Positions 1-12,441 of a DNA stretch of 64,000 nt are shown in pieces. This DNA is from Narcine bancroftii (Eukaryota). Position 1 is the stretch's first letter; each line of letters opens with the position of its first letter. Below the pieces are notes generated by a model. It did no database searches and was not told the origin of the DNA. It saw only the letters and a program-made list of their open reading frames with translations. The stretch spans positions 10,540,001 through 10,604,000 of the forward strand of contig NC_091476.1 of NCBI RefSeq assembly GCF_036971445.1, read 5' to 3'. Both the position numbers and the translations under genes were made by a program.

Positions 1-1014
1 GAAAAGGACAAGGCGGTCTCCAACATTCCCCCACAACTCTCAATGAATACAGTTCATGGCCCAAGTGTCCACCTTTATGATTATGATGCAATGTATAAAT
101 CTGTAGATAGGCTGTTAAAGTTAACACATTCCTTGCAAATCAATCAAACTCACTTCTGTGAAAAAGTATTCATTTTTCCATGTCTTAAATATTCGGCATT
201 CCTTTGCTATTTTCCATCTTTTTAGTTCTGTCATGTTTAATCGACTGAGATAAACAATTTTTTTTTAACTGAGGTAAACATTTTCATCGATGAGTAAACA
301 TTACAACACTCGGTCCAGTAGTTGTTGAAAATAGTGTTGAAACTACAGTGCAATTTATTGTTAATTACTCTGTCCATTTAAAAATAGGTAATAGTCCACA
401 GTTGGTCCGCAGGCTGTAGTTTGGCCACCCATCTTAAACAATCTGAAAAAGCTGGCCACTTGGTGGCTCATCGAGGAAGGGTAGGTTGTGACAGGCCAGT
501 GCAACTTAATGTGCCTAGAATTTTCTTTCGTGTGGCCATAAAATACAAAAATGCAGAAAACACACACAAATGATTGAAAGATCTGAACTGTATGCTTCTG
601 AAGGTTTCTACAAACAGAAAAATTGTTGAATGACAAAAGACAAAGATGTGCTGTTTGCTTTTTCTGATCTAGTAAAGAATGTGGAGTGGAGTGCTGCAAC
701 CAATCACTGTATGTGGACAAAAGGATGCAGTCATCAGACATTCTACAGAATCCTGAGTATCACATATACATTTAAAATTGGCTGAATTGATCTTTTGCTT
801 CTTAGCCAAAATAGTCCAGTGGACAGAATATTTTGTCTTCAATGAGACCTGTGGATAAACAAAATAAAATCCAAACTGAAACTATTTACACTAATTATCA
901 GTGTAAAAATAAAATTAAATCTATCCTACTTTGAATTCTAAAGAAACTTGAAGAAGAACATGAAAATTCAAAAACTAAAACTTTTATTACAGAAATAATT
1001 GGAGTCCCTCAAAG

Positions 1015-1215
1015 GATCATATAACCATATAACCAATATAACCACTTACAGCACAGAACAGGCCAGTTCGGCCCTACTACTCCATGCCGTAGCAAATCCC
1101 CACCCTCCTAGTCCCACTGACCAGCACCCGGTCCATACCCCTCTAGTCCCCTCCTATCCATGTAACGATCCAGTCTTTCCTTAAATGTAACCAATGATCC
1201 CGCCTCGACCTCGTC
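1015..1215 (-). mobile_element. CR1-type LINE 3' end fragment
   Basis: (CATATAAC)n tail followed by acagcacagaacaggcc...ggccc; same tail at 24596. Confidence 0.6.
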
Positions 1216-1499
1216 CAGAAATTCTGCTAGTTGGTATTGATTATTTTATGTGTCTCCAGATCAGAAAATATTACTACATGAATTTTCAGGAAGTATTTAT
1301 TGAAGTGTTCAAAATGTGACAATTGATAGAGATTGCATTTGGGAATATTAGTAAATTATTGGTAAATTGAGTTGTATTATTAGTGAAATACTACAGAAGT
1401 TAAGAATAATGTCAAAATTTGTTCTAAAATAAAACAACTCTATAAGATAGATGAATAACCTGAAATATTTGAAAAGACATTTCATCAAGTGAGTGAAAA

Positions 1500-1696
1500 A
1501 AATTCAGAAAATTCTGGGAATACTTAGCAGGTCAGGGCAGATCTGTGTGAAGAGAAATGGAGTTAACATTTCAAGTCCAAGATCCTTTACCAGAATCCAG
1601 AGTTAAACAAAGGGTCTTTGACTTGAAATGTTAACTGCTTCTCTTCACATAGATGCAGTCTGACCTACTGAGTGTTTCCCTCATTTTCTGCATTTA
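1500..1696. repeat. Imperfect ~200-bp palindrome (Penelope-derived / MER6-like hairpin repeat)
   Basis: Arms e.g. gttaacatttcaagtccaagatccttt / aaagggtctttgacttgaaatgttaac; related hairpins at ~29440-29625 and ~50460-50645. Confidence 0.6.
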
Positions 1697-2747
1697 AAAC
1701 TTGCAGGCAACAAAAAAAACTGCCTTGAAACGAGCATTGAAAAAGTCAGCCAAACAAATTAGTTGGTGGCACCTTGTGATCTAAAACACAACAAAATTCC
1801 AATATCCTTTGGTTAAAAGGCTTTAAATTAGTTCGATTGTATGTGTTTTTGCAATAACATACAAAGGAATCATATATGAATCCATTAAACAGTGTGCTAC
1901 CAGACTGAATCAAATTTTAGGTTTGGATCAGACAAGCTTGACAGTCCAACGCCCTTTCCTTTCTGGTTAGATCTGTTTAGAGATCTTCCTCTGGGCAACT
2001 AAGTGTCAACAATCCAAAACAATGAAGAAACTCTGCAGGTCAGGCAGTTTTGGCACTGAGCCCTTCATCAAGGGATGAACAATGCTTTATCTGTAAAAAG
2101 ATAAAAAAACACCAGTCATCAGAGAAATGGTCCATTCAACCTGTGTACAATTCAAAGTGCAATCATGTCATAATCTTTGAAATTTGCAATATTTAATAAC
2201 CTACATACAACCAGAAAAATTATGAAAAGACATTTTGCTAAGACCTATCTTCCTGAGAATTCATTTTTGAAATTTCACTTCTGCAAAGATTACATTGTAC
2301 TTTAGATAACATTTTGAGATGTTCTTTTAACGGTCTCAGTATATCGTGAGATTCTGATATTACTCAAAACAAGAAAGTTGACTTTTTGAAGTCTCTTATC
2401 TGTATAATTTATGCACACTGGAACATACCGGATCATAGCCTCAGACAGTAATTTTTTCAGGTGTTGTTTCCAGTGCAAAGGAATCCTTGGTCTAACTTTT
2501 GGTAAAGCTTAGGGTTAAAAAAAAATCACAATTATTTATTGAAATTGATTTTCATAATCATTTATAGAGTGCTATTACACAACCAATAAGAATTTTGTTA
2601 TCTTAATGCCAGAGATTAAGTGTCTACAATCTGGCCTAGGCACCGCTCTTGAGTGGTGGGCTAGAATTCAGCCATTCACAACCTTATTTGGCTATGGCCT
2701 CCCTAAGACTCAGCTCAGTTCATGGGCCCTCTTCCCTGTGAAGCAGT

Positions 2748-5700
2748 TTAGTCTTCTGTACTTCTTCCAACTGCATAAAAACATTAAAAAATACTTAAGA
2801 TATGTGAAGTGAAATGAAAACAAGGCTTTTACTTAAACGTGCTGTGTCCCCCATTGAGAATGTCTGGGGTAGATGATACTTGATCCAGAACATCAATTCT
2901 CAACATTTCACTAATCCTCTACAAAAAAACAAGCCTCAGACTGGTTAGTGTTTTCCTCTGGTTCCTTGTTGAACTTATGCAGTAAGTAAATGAAAGGCAC
3001 AATCAAAGTCTAAGCTTTTGGTGATTTATCAAAGATATAGATAGCTCTTTGCAGATGTCAACCAATAACCCCTAGTAAGAAGACAAAAGAGGCTGCAGAT
3101 GCTGGATTCCGGGAAAAAAAAGAGAACACTAGAAGAACTCAGTGGGTCAAGCAGCATCCATGGAAGCAAAGGGTTCAAGTTGACATTTCAATCTGAGATC
3201 AGGACTGTGAGGAAAATGGAAGAATTCCCAATCTAGAGTAGTAAAATATGGGCTGTGGGGGGTGGGGGGGGGAAATAATTGGAATAGAGACAGGTGCATG
3301 TAGGTAGAATTAGATAGGGAGGGGATATGGATGGATGGAAACAGATGGGGGAGTAGATGGGAAAATGAAAAAAAAAGGAAGAAATAAACTGGGTGAACAG
3401 GTGAGAATGTGAGGAAAACACAAAGGTGTAGGCTATCTGAAATTGGAATATCTGATTGATTTGAAGGTTAGCCAATCAGAATACGATACAGATTGACATT
3501 GGGAAGGCTGGATTAATATATCAACAGTAGGATTATATGAAAGAACAGTGTAGATCACGTTGAAAGAACCAAAGACTTGTTGATCCAAACCAAGGCTTTT
3601 ATTAACTAAAAGACTGGAGCGTATCACAAGTAGGTCGACCAGTCCAGAATGATCTGGTCTGGCTAGGAGCAATCCTTTAAGACCTGAAAGTAGGTGTGGC
3701 TACACTCTCAGCCAATCACGGTCATCCTACACGACCATCTGTACATCTACACATTGGTGATAGAATCTGTACTATCACAAACAGGAAATTGAAAACTGCG
3801 CTTGCTGCATAATGAGGTGAAATATGATGCCACAAAGAGTGATTATGTGATACATTAATTCAGATTAAGTGCCAAAGTGCAAATTTTGAGCAAAAGAATT
3901 CTTGTTGAAGGCAATTTAGTGAAAAAAGAGACAATTGCGCACGATAGAAATTAATTCAGGGAACAAATCATTCTTCTCGTGACTATTTACAAAAAGTACA
4001 TTTGATATCCACTCTCCTACTGACTATAAAACTAACTGCACTTACTTTTGGAGCATCTTGTAAGGGGAGCTGCTGCCATCTTTTGGGAAAGTCTTAATCC
4101 TCTCCTAGCAGAGAGATTTAAAAAAAATCTAGTACAACAAAGCAATTAAGTTAAAGGAAATTAACTTACATTCGAAGTGGCTAAGCTGATTTAAACTATA
4201 TGGCATTCAAAATGTGGAGAGGCCTTTCCATGGATGTACATTACCCACAACTAAAATGAGCCAATACTTTCACTACTGATTCATGCCAGTTAAGGTACTT
4301 TATTTATTATAGATCCCTTGGGTATTATTAATGACAAATCATTTATTTGCTACAAACATTGATCCCGTGATAAGTTAATAAAACCAGGAACACTAACTTT
4401 CTAACTCTAAGGCATTCATGGAACTGGGGAAGGAGAGCTCAAGGTCAGAAATACTGAAATTCCCATTACTACTTTTGACAGTTATTTAATGAGTGCAATT
4501 GCATCAACTACTTCCATATCAGTCAAATAATATATAAAAAAACCCATAAATGACTAATTAAGCACAATTCATGGATATACAGTGCCCTCCATAATGTTTG
4601 GGACAAAGTCACCTTTTCATTTAGTTGCCCCTATACTCCACAGTTTAAAATATGCAATCAAACAATTCACATGTAATTAAAGTGCACATTCCAGATTTTA
4701 TTCAAGGTTGTTTGTATACATTTTTGATTTACCATGTAGAAATGACAACACTTTTTATACATAGTCTCCTCATTTCAGGCACCATAATGTTTGGGACATT
4801 TCGCTTCACAGGTGCTTGAGTACACTCAAGACTGTTTAATTGCTTCATTTGGTGCAGGCATAAGAGAGCTAGGCTTGCAACTAAGTTTTTGATCACCTTT
4901 GCAATCCATAGTTGCCATTTTTCTACTTGAGGTTCAGATGAAAATCAAAGAAGCCATTATGAAGTGAAAAACAAAAATAAAACAATAAGAGACATCACCC
5001 AAACCTTACGATTACTAAAATTAGAGGGGCGTGGCAATGCAATGATCTAGACCACACATGTCAAACTCTGGCCCGCAGGCCAAATTTGGCCCGCGATATA
5101 ATTATATTTGGCCCGCAAGATCATTTCAAAAATATATTAGAGGTGGCCCGCCCGGCAGCGAGAGCCGATGCTGTTTTTTGGTAATGTCACCCCCACCATC
5201 CTCCCCCTTCATTGCACATTCTTCCCCATTGTAACACGAGAAATTGTAACACGAGAAGTCTGTCGATGTCATCAGCCGGCAAACCAGTTGGAAGGCTCCC
5301 CGCACAACCAGTCACTTCTCCCACCTGTCGAGCGGTGCGGCAGATAGGCGAGCGCCTGTGATTTCCTGTCGGCGCGACGGGCATGGCAGGCTGCGCACGG
5401 CCCTCGGGCAGCGTGAGCCCCGCGCGACTGGCACCGGACGGCCCTTCCACAGCACGAGCGCACTTCTCCCGGTCGCCACGGCCTTCAGCGCTTGCACCCG
5501 CGTGGACCCCAGGGACGGCTGGTTCGGCCCTGCACGTGAAGAGAGAGATGGTGGCTGTCCGCAAAGGCTGATCGGCAGCGCGCTGGGCCTGAGTGGGTGG
5601 GTAAGCAGGGGTGGGCAGAGGGTGTAGGTGAGGAGTAATGGGCAGGGGAAGTTATGGTGGTGCGAGGGGCAGTTAGAGGGAGGGATGAGTGGAAGGAGGG

Positions 5701-8700
5701 GTGGATAGGGAAGAGGTAAAAGGGGAGGGGCAGGGCGAGTAGGGGAGGGGTGATTAGAGGGTGAGAGATGGGTAGAGGGGGCAACAGGTTGAGGGGAGAT
5801 GCAGTAGAGCGGCGTGTATAGGATGGGGTGGGTAGAGGCAGAGCGAGTGGAGTGAGGGGTGAGTAGAGGTTGGGTAAAGGACTGGTCAGGTAGAGGGATG
5901 GTGGGTCGAGGGTGAATAGAGGCTTAGAGCCTGAGGAGTGAGCAGGAAATGCTGAGTCCTGATGCAGGCCAAAATGGACACAGCCTGTGAATGCTGACAA
6001 CATCTCCACAGGGACCAAATAGGTTTCCCTCAGGTCAAGCAAAGGGTGAACTTGAGCTACCTACTCCTGACCTGTAACATTATCCTCCTAAAGTTATATC
6101 CTAAAGTTTAACATTACATATGTTGAAAGAAGAGAAAACATGCAGATGTTGTTGAAAAATTTCAATAAATATTTAGTTCGGCCCTCGACTTAGTCCAAGT
6201 TTTTAATTTTGGCCCTCCGTGAATTTGAGTTTGACACCCCTGATCTAGACAGACATGTCTTGGATAAGATCTCTGTGAAGAGTATTAAAAAGACAGTTTA
6301 AAATATTACAATTAAGATTTTTTTCACTGTGGATTAATAAAATGAACACTAGGAAACCTGAATTTAAAGAGAGAACATGATTTAATGGAATAAATGGGCC
6401 AAGTGGAAGTTGACTTGGTTAAAATGCAAGAAAAGCTGAAAGCTTTGGAAGAAGATGCAAAGAAGTGGGACTTGGATAAACAAGCTATGCTGGACAAAAA
6501 CGACCACATGGAGAATTTTAGCAGATGTAATAATGTTTGGATTATTGGTTTGAAGGAAGGGACTGAAGGGAGAGACCTGGTGAGCTTCTTTGAAACTTGG
6601 ATCCCATGAGTGTTGGGAGAAAATAAATTAAATGGAAAACTATAAATAGAAAGGGCTCCTCGGACCCTCGGACCCAGAAGATCTGACAAGCAGCAACTAC
6701 GGCCGGTCCTGGTAAGACTTTTGAGTTACTAGGAACATGAAATGGTTTTGGGAGCAACGTTTGATTCCTCAAAGAAACACAATGGGCCGCTTCAGATTGT
6801 AGGCAGATCAGTGTTATTCTTTCAAGACGTTAGCCCAACTTTGATTAAGGAAAGGAAGGACTATGATGATGTAAAAGGGCAACTGCAGTCAAAGAACATA
6901 AAATACTCGATGATATATCCTACGACTCTGAGGGTCAATTGATGTTTTATCAAAACTAAAAGAGGTGGAAGAATTTTAAAGAAAATTTATGATATTAAAT
7001 GAGAAGATTAAGAAAAATGTTTAAAACGGTTGATTTTGGAATTCCTGAGGTTTGGGCAATATCTTGTACTATTTTATTTATGTTTTTCAGCCTCATAATG
7101 GCTTTTTTGACTTTCATTGGTACATCTCTGGACCTTATGTAGAAAAATGGCAACTACAGACTCCAAAGGTGATTAAAAGCTTTGAAGCAAGCCTAGCCAT
7201 CTTATACCTGCACCAATGAAACAATTAAACACACCAGAGTACTCACAAACAGCTGTGAAGCCAAATGTCCCAAACATTATGGTGCCCTGAAATGCGGGGA
7301 CTATATATAAAAAGTGCTGTAATTTCTACATGGTCAAACAAAATATATAACGTTGAAAAAATCTGGAATGTGCACTTTAATTACATATGAAGTGTTTGAT
7401 TACTAATTTAAAAATGTGGAGCACAGGGGCAAATAAAGGAAAAAAAGCGTTTGTCCCAAATGTCCTCTCCACCAGAACACTTGACTAAACAATTTATTGA
7501 AAGTCACCGAAGTACTATCAGAATGAAATTTTGTCAAAAATCCATTAATGCTTTTTTTAAAATAAAGGTTAACAATGCCTCAACCAAAAGTATATAAAGA
7601 ATAATATTTCTCACTCCTATATTAAATTTTTAAAAATTCACCCTGTATATCAAATTCAAATAAGGACACTGTAGTTCAAAAAGGGATAGGGATACATTGT
7701 CAGTGTACCTCGTGGTTCTTTTTTTCTCTCTTTTACTGAAGAGCTCCACTGTCATGACATTCATTTTTTGGTAAACTTTTGCAAAATATGTTTTGTTTTT
7801 TACTAGCTTCTTGAAAGACGCAATCTCTGATTTGGACCAGGTGGCCCCATGTACTGGAGAAACCTGCAGAAAATGATCTTATAGTATATTATCTTTGTCA
7901 TGCAAGATTCCGATGTAACTCCACCAATGTGAACAAGTCAGGAAAACCAGCAGTCCAACTAATTTGAAACTTCAGCTAAATAATACACAATACGAATGAT
8001 AAGAAGTTAGGGTGCATCCCATTACTGAAACCTTCTGGTTATATAATTTGAAGAAGGACTGAACATGTCATTTTGGAAACACATATTCTATTTATTACTA
8101 TTGCTTTCAGCTCTACCTCTGTAAGTCAAAATGATAACAAAATAGTCAAAAGCTTGTATCCCAACACTGAAATTACCTCAGGAAGTAGTAAACAACATAC
8201 TTACGTTATTGGAACTTCTAACTCAGGGTCCCTAAAATGTAAGCTTGTATAGTACTATTTAATTTCTTTGCAATGCTCATATTTATAAAAGATTATGAAA
8301 ATTATTCTCCCAGTAATTCTGGCTGTAGCATTAGAGAAAGAATGTGGTTGCTTTGGAAGCAGTTATGACAGCAATATTTAAATGACATTTAAAATGACAC
8401 AGGAAAAAAGAGAGTAGACAATGTGCTGGCAGATGAGCAATTTAAAATGACATTGTGGTTGGGAGAGACTAAAAGCTTTTTAAAATATATTAAGAGTAAA
8501 AAGGATGCAAGAATAGAAAGGTGATATTACATATTACTTAAATGGAGGTATCTGAACTCACCTACTTTACTTCAATGGTTCTCTGCTATCGTGTCATATT
8601 TAAATTTGGAGAAAATTAGAGTCGGACATTTGATACATCTTTTAAATTTGAAGAGGTTTGGTGACCATTTATTCAATATTTCCATATAGGTGGAATCATA

Positions 8701-11700
8701 ATTTTATACTGGATTCTCCCCTAGTTCCTTAAAGAAAATTTGGTTTTAACCAGGAAACCCTTTGTTTTCCTACTTTACTCTCAGAATGGACGGCCCAGCT
8801 CTTTTTTTTTAAGATTAGTTTGAGGGAATTTTGCATTAAATTAATTTTTTTTCTCCTTTCGGTTTTACAAACAGAGAGGAAATTTATGGTTAATATATAT
8901 TTGTTAAATACTGATATGTTCTTTTTCTTACACACTTGTAAATACATGAATATAATGTAACTCTCCTCTTGTATATGTTTGATACTACTCAATAAACAGA
9001 TTGAAAAAGAAAGAGAATATGTGACTGAAAGAAAATGACTCTGGAGAAATTGTAATGGGAGACCGGAGAAGGCGGAGGATCTGATAAGTATTTTACATCA
9101 GTCTTCACTTAGCAGTATTCCAGTCTTTCGAGGGTGTTAGGGAAGAGAGGTGAATTCTGTCATGATCACCAAAGAGAAGGTGCTTGAGAAGCTAAATGAT
9201 CTAAGGCAGTGGTTTTCAAACTTTTTTTTTCCACATTCACATACCACATTAAGTAAACCCTATGTCATAGGTGCTCTGTGATTAGTAAGAGATTACTTAA
9301 AGTGGTACGTGAGTGGTGGGGGGGATGGTTGAGAACCACTTCTCTAGACCAAATTGTTACTGAAATATTTTGACCTTTGGAGAAAACTCCTTTGGAGTTA
9401 TGAAACCGTGCACATAACGAGTCAATTAGGTACGATTAAAACAGTGGTTCTCAAACTTTTATTTTTCACTCATACATCACCTTAAGTAATCCCTTACTAA
9501 TCACAGAGCACTTATCACATAGGGATTACTTAAGGTGATATGTGAGTGGAAAAAAGTTTGAAAATCTCTGGTGAAAGGGTAGATAAGTTTCCCAGACCAG
9601 ATGGAATGCACTCTCAAATTCTAAAAGAAGTAGTTATATTATGGAGACATTGGTAATGATCTTACAAAAATCAATAGATTCTGGCATGGTTCCAGAGGAC
9701 CAGAACAAAGGCCACTCCCCTATTTAAAAAGGGAGGGAGGCAACAGAAAGGAAGTTATAGACCTATTAGCCTAACATCGGTGGTTGGGAAGTTGTTGGAA
9801 TCAATTGTTAAGGATGATGTAGCAGAAGTGTATGACAAATAGGCCAAAATCAACATGGTTTCCCTAAGGGACAATCTTGATGACAAACCTATTGCAATTT
9901 TTTGAGGAAACTACAAGCAGGCTAGACAAAGGAGATGAAGTGTATGCCATATATTTTGATTTTGAAAAGGCCTTTGACAAGGTACTGCACACAAGGCTGC
10001 ATAACAAGATGTGAGTCTATGGAATTACAGGAAAGATACTAGCATGGGCAGAGCATTGGCTGAATGGCAGGAAACCGAGAGTGGGAATAAAGGGATCTGG
10101 TTGGCTACTGGTTACCAGTGGTTCCGCTGGGATCAGTGTTGGGACCACTTCTTTTTACATTGTATGTTAATAATTTGGATTGCAGAATGGCTTTGTGGCT
10201 AGATTTGCAGATGATACAAAGATAGGTGGATTCAAGATTCCTTTATTGTCATCTAATAGACAGGACATGTAATATTGCACAAAATGTCCTTCTGCCTGCT
10301 GTAAGGCAAAGAGTTTCCATTAGTATTACCCAGTGCCCCATACAGTGAGAGAAAGAGAAGCAGATGAGAACCCCTTCAGGGTCACTGAGTGTCCATGGAT
10401 TCACTTCCAGTGCTCCTGTAGCTACTCACAGACCTGAGCTCCAGATCCAAAACTACAAAATGATCAAGAAGCCTTCAGCACCTGAGGCCCTTTAGGAGGG
10501 GCAGGTATTGAGCAGGAAACAGAGAGGCTGCAGAGAGATTTAGACAGATTAGGAGAATGGGCAAAGAAGTAACAAATGAAATATCATGTTGGAAAGTGCA
10601 CGGTCATGTACTTTAGTAGAAGAAATAAAAGGGTCGACTATTACTTGAATGGGCTGAAAATTCAAAATTCAGAGGAGCAAAGGGACTTGGGAATCCTCAT
10701 GTAGGTTCCGCTAAAGGTTGAGTTGGTGGTGAAGAAGGTGTTCATATCTACAGAAAGAGGATATAAGAACATGGTTATGATTTGGAAGCTTTTAAGACAC
10801 TGCTAAGGTCTCACTTTAAGTACAAAAGAATGATTCCTGGAATGAAATGATTAGCATATGAGGAACATTTAGTGGCTCTTGGACCGTACTTCTTGGAGAT
10901 GAGAAGAATGAGGGGCACCTCAAAGAAGCATTTTGAATGTCGAAAGGACTACACAAAGAATATATTCCAAAGTTGTTTCCCATGGTAGGGGAGTCCAGGA
11001 TTGAAGGGTGTCCATTTAAAACAGAGAAATAGAGGAATTTCTATAGCTAGAGTGGCAAACATCTGGAATTTTCTAACATGGGGGCTGTGGAGGCCAAGTC
11101 ATTGAGTGTATTTAAGACAGAGATTCATAGGTATCTGAATAGTCAGGGTATCAAAGGTTATGGGGAGAAAGCAGAGAATGGGACTAAGTGGGAGAATGGA
11201 TCACCTTATGAGGGAATTGTGGAAAGACCTGATGGGCTGAATGGAACTACTTCTGCTTATATATCTTTTTATGGACATTATTAGCTGAAAGGCCTATTCC
11301 TGCATTGGACTATTCTATGTTCTAAATTTTATTTGTTTTGATGCCATGAAAAGTGAAAACAATGAGTTTTTATGATAATGCTGTGGATTATTGATGTGAA
11401 CATCATTCCAGATTATTTACTGAACTAAATTTAAATTCCTAAAGCTGTGGTGACTTTATATTTGTAAATCACTGGTCCAGGCTCAAAATCATTATATTAC
11501 AGAAACATAAGGACAATAATGAATTTCCTAAAAAATGTTTTAAGCATACTTACATTTGCCAAAGACACACGTAAAGCTTGTTGGGGAAGGGCATAAAATG
11601 CTGGAGGTAAAATTTTTAAGTGGCTGAGTGAAAGGGAAGCAGAGAATCCATAATCTACACATAATACTACCACTGTAATATGCTGGTAGTTATCTGAAAA

Positions 11701-12409
11701 AAAAACCAAATTCAATGTTAACAAATCGACTCTTCCATACAAGAGTAAACAAATTCAAAGACTATACAGTGGAAAGGAAAAGCAGCTTTACTTGGTAACC
11801 TGATGTGCAAAAAAAATCTTGTACATCATAGAATTTAAATGACTACTGGAATGTAGACAATATATCCAATTAGACCATCAAAATGGTAACATAGAACATT
11901 ATACCACATTATGTACAGGCTCTTCAGCACAGGATGTGGTGCTGACCATTAAAATTATGCATTATGCTTCTGGAAACACACAAGTGTTTTGAACTTAAAA
12001 TGGTCCAATTTTCACTTTGAAATGAGTATTCTGTGCTGGGAAAATAAGCTTCTTACAAAGATAGGGGTAAAACACAGGATTCTGTTGACACTGTGGTTAC
12101 AAAGATATATTAGTTATTCTGTAAGTGAAATACATCATCTAATTTTTTGAACAGAAATAATATCAGAATTATACAATGTTGAAAATTACCACCAAAAATA
12201 ATCACATAAATGTTATACATTGCTACACACATAATAAATTAGATAAAAGGGAAAATAATAGCTGAATGGGTGTTGATTTGCCTGTTCTGAGCAAGCTAGC
12301 AGGGTGGAAATTTCATCTGGAAAATTGCAAATTTTGCAATTTTCTATCTACAAGACTGGGATGCCCAATCACTTTATTAACAACAGGTATCAATAGATTT
12401 TATGTCCAG

Positions 12410-12441
<32 letters not shown>

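Larger units (their letters stand above)
4580..7460. mobile_element. Tc1/mariner IR-DR non-autonomous element (arms ~4580-5020 and ~7070-7460), split by nested insertions
   Basis: TA|CAGTGCCCTCCATAATGTTTGGGACA start, internal direct repeat ATAATGTTTGGGACA at ~4784; right arm is the reverse complement (TGTCCCAAACATTATGG at ~7266). Confidence 0.75.

Noticed and set aside
2836-2918. Possible extra Tudor-gene exon (RISEMLRIDVLDQ...)
   Set aside because: Open only in phase 0, while the preceding exon ends in phase 1, and the donor is weak; it cannot be placed without transcripts.
5485-6042. 185-aa Pro/Leu/Ser-rich ORF present in both hAT copies (also 39918..40475)
   Set aside because: A by-product of a C/T-rich strand that lacks stop codons. 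It starts at TTG, has no domain, and the copies differ at 10 of 185 residues, consistent with neutral change.
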